NCBI GenBank assembly: GCA_900315675.1
Contig: OMZY01000013.1
Location: forward strand, 700-64,699
Direction: 5' to 3'
Length of the DNA stretch: 64,000 bases
Source of the DNA: an uncultured Eubacteriales bacterium
GTDB lineage: Bacteria; Bacillota; Clostridia; Christensenellales; Aristaeellaceae
Shown: piece after piece, positions 19,801-28,362 of the stretch
How positions within the stretch are numbered: the stretch's first letter is position 1
Layout: the number at the start of each line of letters is the position of its first letter
Notes under the pieces: generated by a model
The model's database searches: none
What the model saw: only the letters and a program-made list of their open reading frames with translations
What the model was told of the DNA's origin: nothing
Translations under genes and position numbers: made by a program

Positions 19801-20648
19801 TCGACCCGGATCCCCTGTTTTTCAACGCTGAGGTTCAGCGGAATCAGGTCATCCACGGAGATTCCAAAGTGCATTTTCAGGTTGTGCTGCATAATGTCTT
19901 CCCTGGTCAGGAGAACCAGATCCTCTTCGGGAACAGCTTCCGCAAGCCCGCCGGTTCCGAAGCCCTCCGGATCAACGCGGTAGATATCATTCCCGCTGCT
20001 GAGACGCCGGAAGGCGATCACATGCTGTTTCCAGGTATAGGAACCGTCTTCCGCTTTCCACTGCACAGCAATGCTGGCCGTGCGAACCGGATTCTCCTGT
20101 CCGCCGGAAATTTTGATAATCTGATATCCCCGCGGTTTGGCGGACGCCGCAAGATTCTCAATTGCCTGCGCGGCATCCGGGGTGTTTGCTTTCCACTCGT
20201 CCGCACACAGGCTCAGCATCCGGTCTGTATCATTTTCAGCCCAGCCGACCATGAAGCCCCAGAAGGTGTGCTCGATCTGTCCGGCTGTTTCGTCCGCTGC
20301 GATTCCCGCGCCGTCCGCCAGTCCTTCTCCTTCGCCTTCTCCCTGCTCGGTGCCCTGGGCCAGCGCCGTCTCAATGGGCTGCACCGTATACTGGGCCTTG
20401 CCCGTCCGGATCTCGTCCGTATGCCCGGACAGGTTCAGGGTATCATTCACCGCCAGGAAACCGATGAACAGCACCAGAGCCATGGCCATGGCCAGCACCG
20501 GCCTGCGGTAGCGCAGCCAGTCCCCGGCGGTGCGCCGCTTCTTCTGCGTTTCCTTTGCCCGCAGCTCGCGGATTGTCTCCTTTGCCGCTGATTCAAAACC
20601 CGGAGCTACCGGCCCGAAGGCCTTCCGGAAATCTTCCGCTTTTTTCAT
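16869..20648 (-). CDS. Large (1259 aa) single-TM putative anti-sigma factor built from the same two modules
   Basis: ATGA overlap with ECF sigma; TM at about aa 50-68; alternating WA(E/Q)xD/N module and NLSVEKQGI...GIGWxDxxLHVQ module. Confidence 0.7.
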   Translation of the reverse strand: MKKAEDFRKAFGPVAPGFESAAKETIRELRAKETQKKRRTAGDWLRYRRPVLAMAMALVLFIGFLAVNDTLNLSGHTDEIRTGKAQYTVQPIETALAQGTEQGEGEGEGLADGAGIAADETAGQIEHTFWGFMVGWAENDTDRMLSLCADEWKANTPDAAQAIENLAASAKPRGYQIIKISGGQENPVRTASIAVQWKAEDGSYTWKQHVIAFRRLSSGNDIYRVDPEGFGTGGLAEAVPEEDLVLLTREDIMQHNLKMHFGISVDDLIPLNLSVEKQGIRVDVVSGCVKGKYAYFLCNVRDADGKYAGYELDASTLWSDDIVSTSCMNLFSDPEANEYTQMICLELSDLLPASGVSLQVGYEHFRVEDSSTVDLLPLLKEHGGTEEGVELPRLENNYRDAELPKDLKVLNYKKPLDIPLFRDVRLGGIGWIDGRLHVQLHNTGRDVIDLRNGRGSACSMNVSCSVTGKSSREIYNDYAPLSWDGDGDGWTEWTEHVLNCQPEDAEKMELNANITVTDRIIEDDWTFDIPLDPIRIPDDQVTAGAEEDGFGRGYDELDRFMVEWAQKNWGNAAVFAQYERTDKASSILEAVKEKLSFARPLNYQVNSVSVTDDSKVRKVTLTILADPGNGEEPQYQRCELDIRRINNGQLMPDPLSLVLLGPAENDPAVKAVDLSKETIFNRNLKGFDPPAELFPVSSVSCEKDGIRMELISGAVTPNEAWYVYSVQDLEMQSGDDSWEIYTLSDSIGAYRSFQDGELYHDPDKHQTIRMGHYEYWEKADLTDRMVTVQLSYVANGGKTLPGPWKLEFPLSAICPEAKPAGSAETADAAVQETGADPDMRNDYNQFILWEFFCNWAEKDADNLPYNLLPEQRIGGEQLQARIGELLDSGKPLGYQINGVQEDEDGLLYDCTVQLDPGSGEIRCEHMAVRMKKYGFIPFIDMDSLEDRQPAEYDPSVRTVSLSKEAIINGRLDNFFGGVRERLKPIGVSCREDGIRLELISGLADAEENEAWYVYSLEDPEGAYEGYSYRTYSMRDTVGEMQSFSELCLYRDREEHKAYFIWNPRYKTQIGTDDRTVSLNLDNLSMEKNGWTDMTALLKQYGTVTEGIRAPENITDNRYDRMDRQLDPEKIRVLDYTKPLDIPLMNHVSLTGIGWVDDQLHVQIRMDIFYGFSLTFTERENGAENMTEKLTPGSPLRWLDEGTETEYLEYIFDCEPEELETLKLTASMTIGQENLDGDWSVKFPLRTICPEAGPGETVTR

Positions 20649-21121
20649 GATTCAAACACATCCTCCCTGCAAATGCTCTGCAGCTGCCTGCGTCCCCGGT
20701 TCAGCCTGGACTTCACCGTGCCCTGCGGAATGCGCAGGATGGACGCAATTTCCCTGATGTCATATCCCTCAAGGTAATACAGCAGAATCGGTATTCGTTC
20801 CCGCTCCTCCAGCCGGAGCAGGCATTCCTTCAGGTCAACGGAGGGAGCTTCGGGCCCGGGCGGCGGTTCCGGAACAGACGCCGCCGGGATCATACGCTGT
20901 TTTTCCCGCTGGATATCGTGACAGACGTTCAGCAGGATGCGGACAATCCAGGTGCGGAAAAAGGAATCATTGATCAGTGAATCCTTCTTCTCCCAGGCCC
21001 GGCGCAGGGCCTCCTGGACCGCGTCCTCCCGATCCGCTTCCATGGACAGCTGGCTGCAGGTTACGCGGTACAGCGTCTGCATCATGTCCGTTACGGATGC
21101 CTCAAAGGTGTCGCCTGTCAT
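20645..21121 (-). CDS. ECF RNA polymerase sigma-70 factor
   Basis: TLYRV...DREDAVQEA...FRTWIVRILLNVCHD; LEERERIPILLYYLEGYDIREIASILRIPQGTVKSRLNRGR. Confidence 0.92.
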   Translation of the reverse strand: MTGDTFEASVTDMMQTLYRVTCSQLSMEADREDAVQEALRRAWEKKDSLINDSFFRTWIVRILLNVCHDIQREKQRMIPAASVPEPPPGPEAPSVDLKECLLRLEERERIPILLYYLEGYDIREIASILRIPQGTVKSRLNRGRRQLQSICREDVFES

Positions 21122-21152
21122 CTTGCTTCCTCCAGTTCTGCGATTACGCCTA

Positions 21153-21180
21153 TTAGACGGACTGGCACAGGGATTGGTTC
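21153..21180 (-). promoter_or_regulatory. ECF-type promoter
   Basis: GAACC-N16-CGTCTAA upstream of the sigma gene; same consensus and spacing at 54832-54859. Confidence 0.7.
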
Positions 21181-21258
21181 ACGGAAGGAGTAAAAAAATG
21201 AATCATAGCCGGAAAAATCCCCTCCGGAATACCAGAGGGGACAGGAAATCCATATGGT

Positions 21259-22527
21259 TTATTTCAGGCGGTCGTTGGCGACATGCAGGACCCACTCGCC
21301 GTAGGTTTCGCCGGTGTACAGCTCAAAAGCCTGGTCAAAGCTGTAGCCCTCCGGCAGCTTGAGAATCTGCACATGGTAGTTTTCCGGCGCGCCGTCAAAG
21401 GTGATAACGCCGTCTTCGCCGCCCTGGGCCATGGTGCAGGCCGCGTCCGTGCAGAAGTTGACCGCCGCGCCGGGCACGGGATTGCCGTCCTGGTCCAGCA
21501 CATGGATCACGTAGGCCTTCTGCTCCGGCGCCTGCGCGGGTTCCTCCGCCGCTTCCTCCCAGGTGACCTCATAGTCCATGGAGCGCAGGTAGGCGGCCAC
21601 GTCCTCCAGGTTTTCCTCCTTTTCCACGAGGAAGAACTCCATCAGGTCCGGATCGCCGTCCCCGCCCACGTTGTAGTACAGGCCGTAGAGATAGGGAACG
21701 CCCTCCGGGCTCTCCAGGACCTGGTCGTAGGCAAAGACATTGCGCTGCGCGTCCAGGATGTCCGGCAGGTCCACCCGGGCCACCTTCGCGTCGTCATAGT
21801 ACATCATGTCCGCCGCGTCGTCCGCGGAAGAGATGGTGAAGCGCAGGTGCGCCGTCTGATCGTTGACCACATAAACCGGCAGGGGCTTATCCGCGCCGGA
21901 AAGGGTGAAGTGAAACTTCTTCACGTTCTCATTATCCACATACAGCGCCCGGGCAGAGACCGGATAGGCGCGGGTGGTTCCCTTCTTCGGGATCTTTGTC
22001 AGCACGGCGGTCTCTGTATAGTCGTCTCCCAGGTAGCGGTCCAGCACATTGCCGACCTCCTCCGCGGTGTTGAAGCTGCCCAGGCGCAGGAAGCCCGTAT
22101 TGCCGAAGCGGTCAATGACGACCGTGGTGGGCACGCCGTACTGGGCGACGTAGTTATACAGGGCCGAGCCCTCGTCCCGCCCCATGGGGAAGGTGAGATT
22201 GTACTCCTCCTTAAACGCCGCGATCTTTTCGTTTGTATCCCCGTCGTCATAGGACAGGGCGATGAAAGCCACCTTGTCCTTATACTGCTGATAAGCTTTT
22301 TCCAGGTCCGGGAACTCGCTCTGGCAGGGGCCGCACCAGGTAGCCCAGATGTTCAGCAGCACCGCCTCATGGTCCTTCAGGGCTTCGGACAGGGTGAAGG
22401 TGTTGCCCTCCGTATCCGCGGCCGTAAAGTCCATAAAGGGCTTGCCCAGCTCAAAGCCGGTATCCGCGGACGCCGCACCGAGGCACAGTATCAATACTGT
22501 CAGGATCAATATAATTAATTTCTTCAT
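21259..22527 (-). CDS. Exported TlpA-family thioredoxin-like protein with C-terminal extension
   Basis: Signal peptide; LNIWATWCGPCQSEFPDL, YGVPTTVVIDR; C-terminal beta-rich domain with FCTDAAC. Confidence 0.85.
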   Translation of the reverse strand: MKKLIILILTVLILCLGAASADTGFELGKPFMDFTAADTEGNTFTLSEALKDHEAVLLNIWATWCGPCQSEFPDLEKAYQQYKDKVAFIALSYDDGDTNEKIAAFKEEYNLTFPMGRDEGSALYNYVAQYGVPTTVVIDRFGNTGFLRLGSFNTAEEVGNVLDRYLGDDYTETAVLTKIPKKGTTRAYPVSARALYVDNENVKKFHFTLSGADKPLPVYVVNDQTAHLRFTISSADDAADMMYYDDAKVARVDLPDILDAQRNVFAYDQVLESPEGVPYLYGLYYNVGGDGDPDLMEFFLVEKEENLEDVAAYLRSMDYEVTWEEAAEEPAQAPEQKAYVIHVLDQDGNPVPGAAVNFCTDAACTMAQGGEDGVITFDGAPENYHVQILKLPEGYSFDQAFELYTGETYGEWVLHVANDRLK

Positions 22528-22550
22528 GTTCTTTCATCTCCTTGGGTTTT

Positions 22551-23999
22551 TTATTCCGCCGCTTCCCGGTACAGGGCCTCCAGCTTTTCAGACGATACGG
22601 AACTGACGCTGTTGTAAACCACCTCGCCCCGCCGGTTTAATACGATCGTCTGGGGCAGGGTGGCGGTTCCGCCGACGATCTCCTTCACGGGATCGCCCGC
22701 CCCGTCCGTGGCGCAGGGCATGGTCAGGCTGAGGTCCGCCAGGAAGGCCTCCGGATCCTCCACGGTCATTTCCGGGTGGATGACGATCATGGCGACGTCC
22801 TCCGGATGGGCCTTGTACAGCTCCTCAAAATACGGAAGCTCCACGACGCACGGCGTGCACCAGGTGGCCCACCGGTTGATAAACACCACTTTGCCCCGGG
22901 TGTCCGCCAGGCGGAACTCGCTGCCGTCATAGCAGGGAAGGCTGAAGTCCGCCAGCCGCTGTCCGGGTTCGTACCCGACGACCGCGGCGCTTTCCGCCGG
23001 AAGGTTTTCATGCTGCCGGACGGAAGGATCCAGGAAATTGAACCAGACCAGCACCAGGCACAGAAGCGCCAGGGCGGCGGAGCGGAAGAGGATCTTCCGG
23101 CTCCTGGCGGGTTTCTTCTCCCCGCCGGTTTCAGGGCCCTTGAGGGTAATCTTTCCCGCCTTCAGGGAGATGGCTCCCCGGCTGCAGGCCTCCGCGCACT
23201 TTCCGCACTGGATGCACTCCCGGTCGCCCACACGGCGGATATCCATTTCACAGACGCGCAGGCAGGCGCCGCAGCCGTTGCAGCGGTCCGGGTCCGTTTG
23301 CACGCCCACCAGGCTGAAGCGGTTGAACAGCCCGTAGATCGCGCCCAGGGGGCAGAGGAAGCGGCAGAAGCTGCGATAGCAGAAGACGCAGGCCAGCAGG
23401 ATGGCAACGAGGATGACCCACTTGCTGGTGAAGACCCGGCCCAGCATTTCAAACATGGACGCGTTGGCGGGGTTGGCCAGGTGGCCGGCCGCGCCCTCCA
23501 GGGTGCCCGCCGGGCAGATATACTTGCAGAAGGCCGGCAGGGGCAGGCCCCGGGCCAGGGCATAATACAGCGGAAGGGCGATCACGAACACCGCCAGGAT
23601 GACGTATTTCACCCAGGACAGCGCCCGGGTTGCCTTTCCCTTGCGGATCTTCGGCACGGGCAGCTTATGAAGCAGGTCCTGGATCAGGCCCATGGGGCAC
23701 AGCCAGCCGCAGACCGTCCGGCCCAGCATGACGCCGAAGAGCAGGATCATGCCCAGCACATACCAGCCGGCCCGGTGTCCCGCGGCAGCCAGGGCGTTCT
23801 GCAGCGCCCCCAGGGGGCAGGCCCCCGTCGCGCCGGGACAGGAATAGCAGTTCAGGCCGGGGACGCACAGCGCCTTGGCCTTTCCCTCATAGATTTTCCC
23901 TTCAATGAATCCCCGCAGGTACGCGTTGTGCAAAAGCGCCGCGTACAGCTGGACAAGCCGCCGTTTCGCCGGACGGAAGGCCTGCAGCCGGGAGACCAT
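22551..23999 (-). CDS. Membrane polyferredoxin (NapH-like 4Fe-4S binding) fused to a TlpA thioredoxin domain
   Basis: LNCYSCP, GRTVCGWLCPMG, FCRFLCPLG, CNGCGAC, CIQCGKC, then RWATWCTPC. Confidence 0.85.
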   Translation of the reverse strand: MVSRLQAFRPAKRRLVQLYAALLHNAYLRGFIEGKIYEGKAKALCVPGLNCYSCPGATGACPLGALQNALAAAGHRAGWYVLGMILLFGVMLGRTVCGWLCPMGLIQDLLHKLPVPKIRKGKATRALSWVKYVILAVFVIALPLYYALARGLPLPAFCKYICPAGTLEGAAGHLANPANASMFEMLGRVFTSKWVILVAILLACVFCYRSFCRFLCPLGAIYGLFNRFSLVGVQTDPDRCNGCGACLRVCEMDIRRVGDRECIQCGKCAEACSRGAISLKAGKITLKGPETGGEKKPARSRKILFRSAALALLCLVLVWFNFLDPSVRQHENLPAESAAVVGYEPGQRLADFSLPCYDGSEFRLADTRGKVVFINRWATWCTPCVVELPYFEELYKAHPEDVAMIVIHPEMTVEDPEAFLADLSLTMPCATDGAGDPVKEIVGGTATLPQTIVLNRRGEVVYNSVSSVSSEKLEALYREAAE

Positions 24000-24006
24000 G
24001 TTCCGC

Positions 24007-24447
24007 TTATCCAAGGCCCACACACTCCGTACAGATACTGATGGCCTTGGCCAGCACGTCCTGAACGCTGCCGTTGGCGATGCCCGCGATGATCAGCAGC
24101 GCAGCCGCGGCGAAAACGGCTATGCGGATCCAGGTTTCGTGCTTCAGTTTCCCGGAGGCCGGGGAGGCTTTTCCGCCGCCCGTTTCCCCTTTGCCCTTTG
24201 GCGGCTTCACGTCCAGGATCAGGCAGGCCGCCAGCACGCAGAGGAGCGCCAGGAACACCGGCAGGGCCGCGGTCATCACCTGACCGGCCTTTTCCGCCGT
24301 ATAGATGTTTTCCAGCGGGTTTTCCGCCCTGCGGGGCGCCCCGTCCAGGTAAATCAGGACAGCGCCCGCCGCCAGGATCACCGCCAGGGCGGTACACAGA
24401 ACCGCCAGCAGCACCGGCAGGAATTTTCCCTTACCCGTATGGCTCAC
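24007..24447 (-). CDS. CD1871A-family CXXC protein with N-terminal membrane extension
   Basis: C-terminal VLAKAISICTECVGLG; GTG start; upstream of 4Fe-4S and TlpA genes. Confidence 0.75.
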   Translation of the reverse strand: MSHTGKGKFLPVLLAVLCTALAVILAAGAVLIYLDGAPRRAENPLENIYTAEKAGQVMTAALPVFLALLCVLAACLILDVKPPKGKGETGGGKASPASGKLKHETWIRIAVFAAAALLIIAGIANGSVQDVLAKAISICTECVGLG

Positions 24448-24579
24448 CTCCGCAAAGTTTCATCCGTGCCCGAAAGCATTGGACATAATATAAAACGTTG
24501 CAGGCCGCTGATTTGTACCGCAAATCAGCGGCCGCGACCATATAATTGTTAATTATTCATTGTTAATTGTTCATTGGCT

Positions 24580-25185
24580 TTACAGATTCTGTAAAGCCAT
24601 GATTCCCATGCAGATCGCAAACGTCCCTGCCACCATGGCAGCAAAGGCCACGGGCCACTTCCCCTGCTTGTTGAAGCCGTAGAAATCGTCCCAGCGCTTT
24701 TCCGGCGGAGCGAACAGGATCTTATACAGGTACAGCGGGCCGTAGAGCAGCACCGGCAGCATTCCCCACAGGCTCTGCAGGAAAGTCATCCCCTGCCGTT
24801 CAAACACGCAGAAGGTGAACAGCGCCAGCAGCGGCGTCAGCAGATGCATGAAGATATCCGACCCGGTCAGCAGGTACTTGACCCAGTCCTTCCCGATGCT
24901 CGGCGCCAGGAACAGGAACACCGTCAGCATGGTCACCGTCACCGCCGCCGTGCCGATATACTTCAGCGTCCAGATCCACCGCGGGATCGTTCCCTCCGAT
25001 GAAAGCGCCAGGGCCGTCAGCAGCGAGGCCGCGGCCACCAGGATATTGCTCTGGGTGGTGAAAAAGCGCAGTGCGAACTTCCCCCGCTCCGGTTCCCACT
25101 TTCCGTCCTTGCGGAAAAAGCCGAGTACCAGCAGCAGGGTCAGCAGGGCAATAAATACATTCAGTGTCCGGTCCACTGTCATCAT
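24580..25185 (-). CDS. Integral membrane protein (Pr6Pr-like)
   Basis: FFTTQSNIL, TVTMLTV, MHLLTPLL, multiple TMs. Confidence 0.7.
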   Translation of the reverse strand: MMTVDRTLNVFIALLTLLLVLGFFRKDGKWEPERGKFALRFFTTQSNILVAAASLLTALALSSEGTIPRWIWTLKYIGTAAVTVTMLTVFLFLAPSIGKDWVKYLLTGSDIFMHLLTPLLALFTFCVFERQGMTFLQSLWGMLPVLLYGPLYLYKILFAPPEKRWDDFYGFNKQGKWPVAFAAMVAGTFAICMGIMALQNL

Positions 25186-25646
25186 ATCCAGCTCACCTTC
25201 TCCTCAATCACCTTCACCAGCTGTTCCAGCCCTTCCCGGTCCTCCGGGCTGAACCGGTCCTTCACCGGGCTGTCGATATCCAGCACCGCCTTTACTTTCC
25301 CGTCTCCATGGATCGGGATGACGATTTCCGACTCGGAAGCCCCGTCGCAGGCGATATGTCCCGGGAACTGGTGCACGTCCGGCACCACGGTGGTTTCATC
25401 CTTCGCGGCCGCCGTGCCGCATACGCCTTTGCCGGGCGCGATATGAATGCAGGCGGGCAGTCCCTGGAAGGGGCCAACCGTCAGCTGTCCCTCCCGCATG
25501 AGATAGAACCCGGCCCAGTTCAGCCGGGGCAGCATGGCCATGATCAGCGCGGAAATATTGCTCAGCGACGAGGCATACCAGGGTTCCGCCTCCAGCATTT
25601 CCTTTGCCTGGTCCGCCAGCGTTTTATAGTCTGTCATATGCTTCAT
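25182..25646 (-). CDS. msrC: GAF-domain free methionine-R-sulfoxide reductase
   Basis: NWAGFYL, GPFQGLPAC, GKGVCG, HIACDGASESEIVIP, LDIDS. Confidence 0.85.
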   Translation of the reverse strand: MKHMTDYKTLADQAKEMLEAEPWYASSLSNISALIMAMLPRLNWAGFYLMREGQLTVGPFQGLPACIHIAPGKGVCGTAAAKDETTVVPDVHQFPGHIACDGASESEIVIPIHGDGKVKAVLDIDSPVKDRFSPEDREGLEQLVKVIEEKVSWI

Positions 25647-25817
25647 CCTCTTTTTTCAAAGTCTCCCTTTCATATTTCGCCAAAACATGTAAAAAGCCTT
25701 CTTGCATCAGCCTCCTGTATGAGGCTGATGCAACTCTTCAATCTTCACTTGAGTACTGAAAACAGCTTCCTTTCGGAAGCTGTTTTATCACCATTTTATG
25801 TTTTCAATATTCATTGA

Positions 25818-27230
25818 TTACGCCGTTTCCCGCAGCGGGATCACCTTGCCCTGTTCCGGATCGTCCGACTTCAGGTTCGGCAGCAGCCGTCCGTGGAGGG
25901 ACCGCATCAGGCGGAAATAGCAGGGGAACAGGAAGATGTCCGCCATGACCCAGGCCGCGGGGTTGGCGAAGCAGGCGCCGGTAAAGCCGGCCGCCGGCAC
26001 CACAAACAGCGCCACGGCGGTCCGGGCCAGCATCTCGGACAGGCCGGCAAACATTGCCACCCGGGTATAGCCCATGCCCTGAATGCACAGGCGCAGGATG
26101 TTCACAAACAGAAGCGGGATATAGAACGCGGCGTTGATCTTCAGGAACCGGAAAGCCAGCTCCATGACGGCGGCGTTTTCCCCGCTGTCGATGAACAGGC
26201 CCAGCGCCTTATCGCCGAAGAGCAGCACCACGCCCAGGGCCAGCACGCAGTAGATAATGCCTGCGGCGGAAGCGGCGCGCATGCCCTCCCGCACCCGGTC
26301 CAGCTTCCGGGCGCCGATGTTCTGCCCGGCAAAGGTGGCCATGGTGGACGCCAGGGCGTCAAACACGCAGCAGAAGAACATGCTCAGTTTTACCGCCGCG
26401 CTGACTGCCGCCACCGCGTTGACTCCCAGGCCGTTCACCGACCACTGAACCACCACGGAACCGATGGCGGTGATGGAAAACTGCAGGCCCATGGGCAGGC
26501 CGATGCCCAGCATGGACCGGGCCCGCTTCACGGAGAAGCGCCGGTCTTCCTTCGTCAGCTTCAGGATCGGGAATTTGCGGACGATGACCGCCAGGCAGCC
26601 CAGGCCGGAGATCAGCTGGCTGACCGCCGTAGCCACCGCCGCGCCGGCCACGTCCATGCCGCAGACGATAATCAGGAAAAGGTCCAGCACGATGTTCACC
26701 AGGGAAGCCAGCACCAGGAACACCACCGGCGTTTTGCTGTCCCCCAGGGAACGGAGGATGCCGCTGGCCATGTTATACAGTACGCAGCAGGGAATGGCCG
26801 CGAAAATGATCCGGATATAGGAGGCCGAGGAATCCAGGATTTCCTCCGGCGTGTTCATCAGCCGGAGCAGCGGCTTGCACAGCAGCGTGGCCGCCAGGCC
26901 GAAAATCACGCTCAGCACCACGCTGAGTACGGCGGAATGCCAGACGCAGCGGCGGACCTCATGCTCGTTCTTCGCGCCGAAGGCCTGGGCGATCGGGATC
27001 GCGAAGCCGGAGCAGAAGCCCAGGCACAGGCCGATTACCAGAAAGTTCACCGAGCCCGTGGCGCCGACGGCTGCCAGCTTCTCCGCTCCCAGATACCGGC
27101 CGACAATCGCCGTATCCACGAAGCTGTAGAACTGCTGGAACAGCATACCGAACAGCAGCGGGGCCGCAAAGGAAAGGACCAGCTTCAGCGGTTTCCCTTC
27201 CGTAAGATCTTTTGTCATGGAACGTGCCAT
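25818..27230 (-). CDS. MATE family efflux transporter
   Basis: DLTEGKPLKLVLSFAAP, YSFVDTAIVG, LRSLGDSKTP, FAGQNIGA. Confidence 0.92.
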   Translation of the reverse strand: MARSMTKDLTEGKPLKLVLSFAAPLLFGMLFQQFYSFVDTAIVGRYLGAEKLAAVGATGSVNFLVIGLCLGFCSGFAIPIAQAFGAKNEHEVRRCVWHSAVLSVVLSVIFGLAATLLCKPLLRLMNTPEEILDSSASYIRIIFAAIPCCVLYNMASGILRSLGDSKTPVVFLVLASLVNIVLDLFLIIVCGMDVAGAAVATAVSQLISGLGCLAVIVRKFPILKLTKEDRRFSVKRARSMLGIGLPMGLQFSITAIGSVVVQWSVNGLGVNAVAAVSAAVKLSMFFCCVFDALASTMATFAGQNIGARKLDRVREGMRAASAAGIIYCVLALGVVLLFGDKALGLFIDSGENAAVMELAFRFLKINAAFYIPLLFVNILRLCIQGMGYTRVAMFAGLSEMLARTAVALFVVPAAGFTGACFANPAAWVMADIFLFPCYFRLMRSLHGRLLPNLKSDDPEQGKVIPLRETA

Positions 27231-27269
27231 GCATTCATGCTCCTTCTGCAAACATTTGTTTGCTGCGAT

Positions 27270-27298
27270 GTTATAGCACTTTTCCACGCCCGGTACAA
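27270..27298 (-). promoter_or_regulatory. SigA-type promoter for the MATE gene
   Basis: TTGTAC-N17-TATAAC with TG extension. Confidence 0.55.
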
Positions 27299-27336
27299 TC
27301 AGTCTTCTGGTTGGTTTCTGTTCCATTTCAGGCATG

Positions 27337-27361
27337 AAAAAAGCCCTGCCGGAGCAGGACT
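27337..27361 (-). terminator. Intrinsic terminator downstream of the MoaF-like genes
   Basis: GTCCTGC-TCCG-GCAGGGC followed by TTTTTT on minus strand. Confidence 0.7.
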
Positions 27362-27513
27362 GGGATTAAACGGGCACCGCCGCGGCCAAACCCGGACAGG
27401 GTGGAGAAATCCAGGCCCGCCGCAGCAGGTTCCCAAAGTGTGATCATCCGGCTGTACAGGATCATACAGCCAAAGGAAAAACCCTCTCACAATTATGAAA
27501 TATGCTTTTTCTC

Positions 27514-28362
27514 CTACCAGATAAACTTTTCCCTTGTATTGTAGGCTCCGAGATCATATCCTCTCGCGCCATAAGTATAAAACTCAAAGCGCTGGTCGTG
27601 ATTGATACCGTAGAAGGTACCGCAGTCATGCATGGTCTTCAGGTTGACCAGCACCACGCCCTGCTGGCCAGAGCCCATGGTTTCCAGCCAGGTATAGAGA
27701 TACACATCCTTCGTGATCCGGAAATACTTGCAGGGAGCGGATCCCAGCAGTCCGGCGCCGGGTCCCGAGAGGATCACCCAGGAGATACCGTAGGGGGATC
27801 CGAAAATATGCTGGCTGGTCATATCATCCCGGTAGGACCAACCGAAGGAGCGGCCCACCAGGTCCCGCGTCACATGGTGCCTCAGGACATACGGCGCCGG
27901 GGCACCCTCCCGCAGGATGACGCCGTGGAGCACATGCTGGGTGATATCCCGGGCATAGGCGGGCGTTCCCATTGTGGAGCGGATCATGGTTGTCAGATTC
28001 ATCTTCAGGTCCAGCACGATGGTGCAGGAAGTGGTGGGACAGCTGTTTTTCCGCAGGTAGGCCACCATCAGGACATCCTTATCGATCTCGAACGCCTCGT
28101 AATACTCCGGATGAACCTGCCCGTCCTCATCCGTCCATTCCAGGGAATGGCTGTCCCTGAACACATGGGGATAGTTTCCTCCGTCCCCGTCGTATTTCAG
28201 CGTCATTTCCATTCCCGCGAGGCGGTCCGTAAAGGCCGGGCGTCGTCCGACAAGCCCGCCGGTGGTATAGTCCTCGCTTTTCGCGGCCAGTTCTTCCACT
28301 TCCTCCGGCGTCATGGGCTTGGTCAGCATTCCCGAACGGTAGGCACGCAAAAGGTTTTTCAT
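27514..28362 (-). CDS. MoaF-like protein (N and C beta-barrel domains)
   Basis: LAGMEMTLKYD; DLVGRSFGWSY...SQHIF...CKYFRITKDVYLYTWLE...VVLVNL; ATGA overlap with upstream paralog. Confidence 0.7.
   Translation of the reverse strand: MKNLLRAYRSGMLTKPMTPEEVEELAAKSEDYTTGGLVGRRPAFTDRLAGMEMTLKYDGDGGNYPHVFRDSHSLEWTDEDGQVHPEYYEAFEIDKDVLMVAYLRKNSCPTTSCTIVLDLKMNLTTMIRSTMGTPAYARDITQHVLHGVILREGAPAPYVLRHHVTRDLVGRSFGWSYRDDMTSQHIFGSPYGISWVILSGPGAGLLGSAPCKYFRITKDVYLYTWLETMGSGQQGVVLVNLKTMHDCGTFYGINHDQRFEFYTYGARGYDLGAYNTREKFIW

Noticed and set aside
11582-20648. Diversity-generating retroelement TR/VR pairs among the repeated modules
   Set aside because: Copies are diverged throughout rather than at adenines only, and no reverse transcriptase is present.
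21259-25646. Selenocysteine or other TGA recoding in redox genes
   Set aside because: CxxC motifs use Cys codons and no in-frame TGA was seen.
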